From Lytechinus pictus (lineage: Eukaryota): a DNA stretch of 64,000 bases. Each line of letters starts with the position of its first letter. Within the stretch, counting starts at the first letter, position 1. Where the stretch lies: positions 13,890,001-13,954,000 of the forward strand of contig NC_087251.1 of assembly GCF_037042905.1 (NCBI RefSeq), given 5' to 3'. Made by a program: the position numbers and the translations under genes. Positions 55,234 to 64,000 of this stretch are shown here, piece after piece. The notes under the pieces are model-generated. The model did no database searches. It had not been told where the DNA came from and worked only from the letters and a program-made list of their open reading frames with translations.

Positions 55234-55274
<41 letters not shown>

Positions 55275-55334
55275 TGTCAAATTTTTTGGCGGACGGTTTT
55301 GCCCCCCCCTGTGGAAAATCCTAGGTACGCCACT
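54975..55334. mobile_element. Right end of hAT-like element with three poly-T-containing tandem units
   Basis: Unit GCTTGTCAATTTTTT..GTACGAAATCCTTTATTTGTGATCGAAGACC(T)n three times; ends GGTACGCCACTG like 27505. Confidence 0.65.
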
Positions 55335-56712
55335 GCGATGGGGAGTTGTACTCCCCCTTTTAATACAAGAGCTGCCGAAAATTTGTATCTAATAAGTAAC
55401 TTTTGCTACATTGTATTCAAGTTTATAGGGTAATAGGTGTACCAAGAAGCTAAGATTTACTATGAACTGCTGGCCGTTTTCTCGCTCTGTCGCTATGCTC
55501 TCTCGCGTGAAAATAAATGTAAATTCTATTGCTGCGTAACGCTCTTTCCCTTCACTGCAGTTTTAATATATATCTTATCTATGATATTATCAACTCGTCT
55601 TTGACTTAATACTGCCATTCATGATATTGTATTGTACTAGGCCATGGTGATAGGCTGCGGGTATAAAATTGTATTGATGAAAATAAAATGTAAACGAAAA
55701 AAAAAATCTAGTAATTCGGTAATGTACATTTTTGTAGCATATGAATTAATATTTTTCTTTCTATTGTTCCATGGTATCGCTTTCACTAGTAGAATATTTG
55801 ATAGGCCTATACTGATATTTAGTAGGTCAATGTATAAATAAAGATTCATGCCTTAAACCATTAAAACGTTACCTTTTTTAGATTTTATAATTCGAGTTCG
55901 AGAGCGTGTTTATTTCCTCATACATACAACTCATTGTGACTAGTCACATTGAGTTATCAATCCTGGGCGAATTTGTAGTGGAAAATAAGGCCAAAATGTT
56001 AGGTCAAAATGCCAGAGAGATTGCCCCATGAATTTTCAGGAATAAAGCGAATAAGGGGGTAATAGAGGGAGAAAGAGAAAGAGAGAGAGAGAGAGAGGGG
56101 GGGGGGGGAGAAAGAAAAAACCAAGAAAATCTTAAGAGGTCTGGGTCGCGTAACTTTCTTATACCTTAAAATGATTTTAGTTAAGAAAAAAGTGACTTCT
56201 CAATCTCATATTGGTTTTAAGCCCCCCCCCCCCAAAGAAAATTCCCCGCAGCCCCTGAGTTAAACGTCTGTTTCCGCACTTTGAATGTTTCAACTGTTGC
56301 GAATTTGTTCAAAGAATTCAGATTATAACTGTGCTTGTTTCTTGTTTGTGGTCTCAAAACGTAAAGTTTCTAGCGCCGTTCAACAGAGCTCCAATTAAAA
56401 CCCAGAATCTTCGATAACTATATTTTTACCACTAACTCGGCAATATATGTACCGCTATTGCGTTGTACTTGTACATACATTCACGACAGCAGACCATAGC
56501 GCAGACTGTGAAGTGATCGTGTATCATAACGATCAACAATGATAAACGCTCAGATCGGCCTTGCATATGTCGTCTGCATTTACGTCTGTATTATAGCATT
56601 GCACGTCTGATAACTAAACATCTACCACTGTGTCGCAACAAACACCGGTTGACATATAGGCCCGCCAATGTTGTGAGTGTGGCAGTGTATATTTTTGTAC
56701 CATATTAAAGTG

Positions 56713-56881
56713 ATGGCACAACAACAAACGACGGTTGTTTTAGCACCGACCCAACCCGCTGTCCAGACTTCGGTGGTAATACACAAGAAAGAAGGCAATG
56801 CCTGCCGGGCTGCGATCCCTGCCATGCCTATGGTTATGGCTGTGTTCTGTCTGATCTTCAACATATTCGCTCCTGGTTTAG
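56713..56881 (+). CDS. SPEC3/stum-like paralogue D, coding exon 1
   Basis: MAQQQTTVVLAPTQPAVQTSVVIHKKEGNACRAAIPAMPMVMAVFCLIFNIFAPGL; donor G|GTAAG. Confidence 0.9.
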
Positions 56882-59081
56882 GTAAGATGTGATATACGAT
56901 TTAACTCCAGCATATTACTCAGAATGATAATTATATTGCAATTCAATTAATTTTTATGGATTGAGTATGCACCCCACAGCCTGCATTTTTGAGTCGGTAT
57001 ATATGCCTATATTGTTGCATATCCCTGTTCACACTATACTGGGCCTTTATTTGTTTACAATTGCACAGCAAATATTAGTGGATCTCATAAAATGAACTAT
57101 ATAAATAAAAGTATGAAGGCCCACTCGCTCTTCCGGATCATCATTGTTTGTACATCGGCCCACGCATCATATATGTTTTTGCAGAAGAATAATATTTATA
57201 ATAATGAATGTTGGACTTTTTCATAATACACATTTGGTGTCATTTTTCGGGTGCTATATAAGAACACCCAACAAAGTTAAACCTTAGCCACGCTCCGAAG
57301 GGTTCTGAAAACACCCCAACCCTGAATGAATATAATGGGAGTAATTGGAATAGTATGTTTCCTTGCACGAATACGGACAAGGGCGGGGGGGGGGTTGTGG
57401 TTGATATTTTAGTGATAAAACAGATACCGGTATCCACATTTTTGCTTTTCAATAAAAACTCTGCACAAACAAAATAGATAAACTCACTTTCTCTGCAATT
57501 TATGAAATACCAGATTCGCCAAATCGGATCAATAATGACGCTATTGACAATTCAAGTTTGACACATCGAAAAAAAAATATTCATTGTCATTTTTATTAAT
57601 TTATTATATAATTTTGATCGTATAGGCCTATAAACGCATCAGTTAAAGCAAATGGGTATTTATATATTATGTTTTCATACCTTCGCGTAGGCCTATATGC
57701 TGTTGCCTTGTCATATCAGGTCTGATCATGCCGACTACATGTCTTTTCAATGACGGAAATTGGGTTGATTGCACGAACAACAAAGTGACAAACTGTCCTG
57801 TTGTTATATGGCATGCATTGAAGCATATCTCCATGATTGAAGCGTTCAAGTGCATGTTGCGTACAGGCATATTACCTGATCATAAATTATGGTGTGTAGT
57901 TTATGATGAAGTCAACTTGAATAGAAAGAACAAATACAGGAACGCCGGACGAACTGTGAACAGTTGAGAATTATAAATACATTCGTGGTATGATGCGATT
58001 TATAAGAAAATAATGCGTCTTTATTCAATGGCGGATCCAGGATTGCTGGTGGGTGTTTCATATTAAAGCTGCTCCTAAGTTAAGAGCGACTTTAAAAATG
58101 ACTGGTGTTCCTTTCTTACGCGCTAAACCATCGCCAATGAATATACCATTTACCACAAGAAAGGATAACCATGTCGCTCTTAAAGTCGCTCTCTATGAAC
58201 AGCTTTTTGAAACTCCCATGGGGGGTGTTCATGTTATTTAGCAGAATGTTTTTGCAAAACAGGATTCTCATTCCATAAACAAAAGAAGAAAAAGGGGGAG
58301 GGTCCGTCATTGTTCCCCTCTAATTATTTACTGTACAATGAAAAAGAAATCTTCCTGAATAGAAATCACAAAACATTCATTAAACGCTTATCTCAAAAAC
58401 TATATTTTATTATTCATTTGATATTCATGTATTTAAACAGGATAAAACATTAATCAGCTCGCAGGCTATTTCACACAATGTTCCTGCATAAAGAGCTATA
58501 TAGGGAAATGCACAAGTTAAAAAGTAAGATATATTCAGGGTATTATGTGACATTTTTATTAGATCGTTGACGGATGAGTTCCTGTTCTCTGAATTAAAGA
58601 GATAAGAAGTATAATTTCACCCTGATCCAGCTTTTGATCTGCTTATGATTTACCCGTATTTGAATATTATTTACAATGTTTCATTAGTGTTTATATTTCA
58701 GTGGGCATATACTCTATAAACTATACGATTTATTAAGTTTTGGGAAAGATTAAAGGGGACGAGTTTTATATATTTTTTTATCAAGTTCAATTTAAAGTTT
58801 TATGTCACCCAAAGGGCTCTGTATCAGATAAACACATGTTAATGATATTTTTAGTTTGGGATCTACAGCCTGTCAGTTTGACTTCGACTTCGAAACTCAC
58901 TTTAATCGATGAAAATAATGAGAATATAGCATGTTTAGTAACTAATCCTCCACCATAGTGCAACATTAAGTCCGTTCATCTATCAGGTCTATTCGTATAC
59001 AACTGTACTTTATTGCGACACGATATTGTAATCATTATTTGACAGAGACACTAACAGCCCTGCGGTTCATGCCAGGAAGGA

Positions 59082-59432
59082 GTTGCCATAGATACGAGAA
59101 CAAAATCGAACTCGTCTGCTTGGCATTGTCAATTATAGCAATGATTATGGATCAGTGCGTCTAACTTTTTGTTCAGACCGAAATGATCCGAAAATCTTCT
59201 CAAAAGTTTCCACAATTAGCCATTGATAAACAAAGCCTGAATTTCAAACGGCATAATTTTTCCCCCTTTTTTGTGCGAACTTTAAATTTCTTTTAAACTT
59301 TTAATTCAATTCATGATGAATCACGGTGACTACTCGCATACTTTCTTCTCTTCTTCTCTCTACCTGTAAGAACCTTGCCGAAGCAAGAACCTTGATAAAC
59401 TGCGGGATATGAATCATGGTAACCATGGAAAC
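59082..59432. promoter_or_regulatory. Pair of RFX X-box-like motifs in gene D intron 1
   Basis: GTTGCCATAGATAC (59082-59095) and GTAACCATGGAAAC (59419-59432), with forkhead-type ATAAACA between them. Confidence 0.45.
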
Positions 59433-59735
59433 AACAGCGAGTTATTATAGACCAACAACATATTCTTGTAAGAGGAGGCGGAGCAATTACAATTGCACCA
59501 GTTTCGTTCACTCTAAATGAGCGAAAACATGTTTTGTTTCATTTTCTATAATAGACTACAATGTAATTTCAGCCCGCGTGTACTTACTTAATCGTTGATG
59601 TTTGAGTTAAAAGCTGGTATAAACTAGAATTTCGCAGCAACGAGTCTGCTTTCGTTAGAAAGTAAGAATAATTAGAAAGCTTATTATTTCAATCATGCTT
59701 TGTCGTCCATTCTGCTCATTCACTATGATCGCATA

Positions 59736-59739
<4 letters not shown>

Positions 59740-59827
<88 letters not shown>
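59740..59827. repeat. (TA)n microsatellite (others at about 8956, 26602 and 54913)
   Basis: Pure TA run. Confidence 0.95.
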
Positions 59828-59829
<2 letters not shown>

Positions 59830-60528
59830 TTTGTCATAATACAATGATAGTTCGTCTTCGCAAGTATTTTTATATTCAGTAATGTATATATCTGATTTAG
59901 TGCAATTTGATTTGTGTCAATGTACCTTGACTGCTTCAGTCAGGATGGCAGTACGGGGGCATAGAGAGAGGGGGGGGGGGTGACAGCCCCTGTATGATTT
60001 TTTCAGTTTGTTAAAAAAAGAGGGAGAAAAGTGAAGAAAGAGTGTTGGCTCGCACCATTTATAGTGGTAAAAGCAACATTTACAAAAGATTGTCACTAAT
60101 TTAACCTTTTAAATGTTAAATGATTTAACATTTCATTTTATAGTGAGGGAAGTAAGGGAGAGTTTCGGGCCGTGTAACTCTATGATATCTCTAATATTCA
60201 AATGAGATAAGGGGGGACCCTTATATACCTTTATATAGTCGCCTTGCCCCCTATCATGACGCCGCTCCTGATGGCGTAAGTCTAGTGAGTCTATCTAGAA
60301 TTATATTCTGAACATATCCAAAATATTTTCTTAGTGCGCCAGATGGAGATTTTGTTGATCATCCCAATCAAGATAGATTAACACCGATCACCTGCCTTAG
60401 ATAATGACCCGGCCAAAATACCTTACTTCGTGTGTAATTTGATATACAAAAATATTTATGACATAGGTATGCTATAGGTCCAATATGATATGGAGAATTA
60501 TCATTTTCTGTTTTTCTTACGTTCTTAG

Positions 60529-60708
60529 GCACTATCATTGCTGGATTTACGGTGTTCTGCTGTGGCAACCCTGGACAGTCTGGATTGGGTAAATGTGGAA
60601 CGATGTGTCTCAATGTGTTCGTAGGTCTCCTACAGTTAGTATTGACAGTTATTCTAGTAGGTTGGATCTGGTCCATCATGTGGGGAGTCGCATTCATCGG
60701 CATGTCAC
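60529..60708 (+). CDS. SPEC3/stum-like paralogue D, coding exon 2
   Basis: Acceptor gttcttAG; (G)TIIAGFTVFCCGNPGQSGLGKCGTMCLNVFVGLLQLVLTVILVGWIWSIMWGVAFIGMS; donor C|GTAAG; 180 nt. Confidence 0.9.
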
Positions 60709-61727
60709 GTAAGTCAAAATATACTTTATCTAAAATTATGTTTATTTCATAAAAGCAGAAAGAAGAGCACGTACATAATATAGGCCTAAATCTTATGCGC
60801 GATATGTACTTCATTTTCACCCCTCCTATCCTGCGGGCAGACTATTTACAAATTACGGGCATTCTATTCTCTTCTGATTAAAGTTTACCTGATAGCCTGA
60901 AAGGTATGCTCCTAAAGATCATAGAACCAATCAAATGCCATGAAATTGCCTTTTAGCTCTGTAGGGGAACTGAAGAGATATCCCCTTCTCATGATACGAA
61001 AATAAATATCTTGGCCACTCTCTTTGGTGAAATCTGCAACTTCTTCAGACAGTTGGCAAACATTGTCACTGCGACGCCGCAAGTGGATTTTTCTTACCAA
61101 AAATTTTGAAGTAAAAATGAGGTAAACGACTAAATTATGGTAGGACCTATATTACCGTGGATGATGGTGAGGCATGTGGGGGGGGGGGGGGGCATGGGCC
61201 TCTTGTCGTGTCCGAACATGACGATGCAAAGTACCTTGCCGAAATATGGCTACTCTGATGATAGAGATAACACTTACAAGTGTGTGACATGCCGAGTGAT
61301 CCGCGGAGAAGAAGGCCCTGGATGATTATCATGTGTTGTTTTAAGGACAATGACTAATTCCTGGATGATACACTCTAAGAAAATATTGAGTAAAAGTTTA
61401 CCCAACATTGGGTAGAGAGGGAACAAGCATGTTTGCTGTGTTATCCCCCCCCCCCCCATATTGGGCAAAATGCAAGTTTAAAGGGTTAACTTCAACGCAA
61501 CATTGGATCTCGTAAAATTTGCAAAGTATTTGGTACCAGTCACCCAGCAAGCATACATGTTCCCATTTTACCCAATATTGGGTAAACTGTTTTTAGAGCG
61601 TAAGGGATGTTTTCAGAATAAAATCAAAGAAGCCATTTAAATTTTCTGCTGTGGCTTGTATACATGCTCTAGGTCAGTTCGTCATTTAATTGAATATTAA
61701 TTTGTCTTTGTTTTTTAATGATTTTAG

Positions 61728-62140
61728 ATGATTATGCTCAGACCAACAAAACAACGACCACTCTGGTAACGACTAGAAACCCAGGACCGCAGGCGGTCAC
61801 GATCACTCAAACACAACCACCGCCGCAATCCCAGCCATATTACCCTCAACCGCCTCTGCAACATGGGCAACAGGGCTACCCTCCTCAGGCGCATCAGGTA
61901 TATGCCCCTCCTCCTCAGCAAGGATATGCCCCTCCCCCTCAACAAGGATATGCCCCACCCCCGCAACAAGGATATGCCCCGCCTCCTCAACAGGGACACG
62001 CCCCTCCTCTTCAGGGAACAGCACCACCACTTCAGAGCAACTATTCTCAGCAACCTGCTTACAACCCTTATCAACAACCAGATCAACATCAGCAGCCTCC
62101 GCCATATACAGCCAGTGAACTGCCTCCCAAGAAGTCATAG
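61728..62140 (+). CDS. SPEC3/stum-like paralogue D, coding exon 3 (YAPPPQQG repeats)
   Basis: Acceptor attttAG; (H)DYAQTNKTTTTLV...QPPPYTASELPPKKS*; 24-nt units from 61901; the joined CDS is 762 nt = 253 aa. Confidence 0.88.
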
Positions 62141-62528
62141 TGCCTGATAATAATAGGAATATATCTATTTTTAAAGTGGTTTACCGCAAGAGACTCCTTG
62201 CCTTCAGAACTAAAGCTTCCTTAATGTTCGTGGTAACGACATATGTTTGTAAAGAAAGGCCTTGGGATTGAAATTGAGACAGAGTGAGAGAGATAGATAG
62301 AGAGGGGTGAGGGGCGCATGCTAACTCGAGCTAAATTATCTAAATGTAAAGTATAACACAAACAAAGTTAAGAGGTTTGTATGAAGTGAGAAGTATTCTT
62401 GATTGATTAAAAGAAATACAAGTGTTCTCTCACATGGTTCATAAAAATATTACATTTACTAGTTTTCTTCCAAATATCACCACTGCCCTTTCTTCCTTCA
62501 TTTTCCAAAGTCTGGGAGTTTTCGTTAA

Positions 62529-63111
62529 AGGAGAATGAAACTCTTGGAGCAAGTTAGCTTTTGTGAAAGCAGAAAAATCAAAGAATAAGATCAACAAAAC
62601 TTTGAGAAAAATAGGACTAGCAATAAAAGAGTTATGAGCATTTGAATGTCGAGATCACTAATGCTATGGAGATCCTCCCATTGGCAATGCGACCAAGATC
62701 TGTGATGTCACACACGTACAACTCTCCCATTTGGACACTGAAAATATACCCCAAAACATCTCTTTTTGCTCATTCTAATCATATGACAAACGATTCATCA
62801 ATGATATAATGTTGTGAAACCTCTGTACTTGTCATCTCATAAAGAGAACACCTCACCTTGTGATAGACTCTATAAAAGTGAGAATATAAGTGAAATAAGT
62901 ACTAAAGTAATGAGGGAGTTGTACGTGTGTGATATCACAGATCTTGGTCGCATTGCCGTTGGGAGGATCTACATGGCACTAGTGATCTCAATATTCGAAT
63001 GCTCATAACTTTCTTATTATTCATTCAATCTTCCTCAAACTTTCAACAATATGTTTCTTTGATTTTTCTCTTTGATATGGATTCAGCTGGTTTCAAGGGT
63101 TTCATTCTCCT
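62529..63111. mobile_element. Kolobok/T2-type MITE family 2, copy 2 (583 bp)
   Basis: Same length, orientation and nearly the same sequence as 45517-46099; TTAA TSD. Confidence 0.85.
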
Positions 63112-64000
63112 TTAAGGTAACGTGGTGGACGTTAGATTAGAGAACAATTTGAATCCAGGTTATCGTCCCTGTATTATTTTGCTTCCTTTCGTGAATTCCG
63201 CTATATACTTGGCATCCGCGAAAATATCACCTCTTGGAAGCAGTACGCGTCAAAAGATTTGAAGGATTGAATTTGGATACCGGATGCAATACTTCTTTTA
63301 TAGTGTGAATGAGCGAACCGAATGAGCCATATTTCGACTCCCTTTATTTAAGATTGGACATGTAAAGACATGCATGTCAAATCGACGTGACACTGATTTA
63401 AGGGAAATTATTGTCAAAGATTATGTGAAAATAGAAAAAAAAATGATGTAAGCCCATATTTTTTTTTGAAAAATTAAATGAAAGGTCCCCAGCCTCTTCC
63501 AGCGACCCTCGAGTCACTCCGCCAGAATGTCAATTTTGAAAGGCCTGTAGGTTTACAAAAAAATCAAAGGAAACGTATGATTGCATGACGATATACTCTA
63601 GTGAATGACCCGCCTTGAAGAGAAAGGGTGGCACACCGATTTCTGGCATGTACGCAATTAATTTACAAGTCCCCCCACCCCCCCAAAAGAAAATCATCAC
63701 CTCTATTTCCTATTTGTGTGTGTAACTTGATTACTCGATTGACTCGATTCATCTCCCCTCTTCATATCCATGCCCCTCACTGATGAAAGTTCTTCTCCTA
63801 ACAATAATTATTACTCTAGCATGCGAATATGCTAAACCGTCATCAGGAATTGCAGTATAATTATGCAACGATGCATGTATATTGAGTAGAGGAACTGGTA
63901 TTTTACATTCATTATCATGAACCACAAAGTTATGTTTATGAAGGGTATGATTTTTAAAGTAGTAATATTTGTATTATTTAGATTGTATATTTCCTCCAAA

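Noticed and set aside
59415..59427. CATGGTAACCATG palindrome as another P-type footprint
   Set aside because: No flanking direct repeat; better explained as overlapping an X-box-like motif.
61724..62147. Antisense and alternate-frame ORFs over Pro/Gln-rich exons (also 14742-15053, 43325-43693, 52866-53078)
   Set aside because: Shadow ORFs produced by low-complexity coding sequence.

Overview
Eukaryotic, AT-rich, intron-containing and repeat-dense DNA, most likely from a sea urchin (inferred from a near-canonical SPEC3 protein). The main content is a head-to-tail cluster of four + strand SPEC3/stum-family genes. All four share one three-coding-exon structure with two phase-1 introns: gene A = SPEC3 (14772-17224, 196 aa), B (39492-43703, 229 aa), C (47950-53132, 198 aa), D (56713-62140, 253 aa). 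The Pro/Gln/Tyr-rich tract is N-terminal in A and C-terminal in B-D. A probable first coding exon of an unrelated Cys-rich minus-strand gene lies at 1793-1897. Intergenic and intronic space is filled with transposons. These include an 8.0-kb non-autonomous AcademH-type element (151-bp TIRs, 9-bp TSD), a truncated AcademH-type element with a frameshifted RecQ-like helicase inserted into a LINE ORF1 remnant, many Kolobok (TTAA) and hAT-like MITEs, L2 and SINE fragments, and microsatellites. Less obvious signals are four 13-21 bp CATGG..CCATG-type inserts with 7-bp target duplications, resembling P/Galileo-type excision footprints, and RFX X-box-like motifs in first introns of the SPEC3 paralogues. 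All calls were made by eye and from recall of family features; no searches were run.
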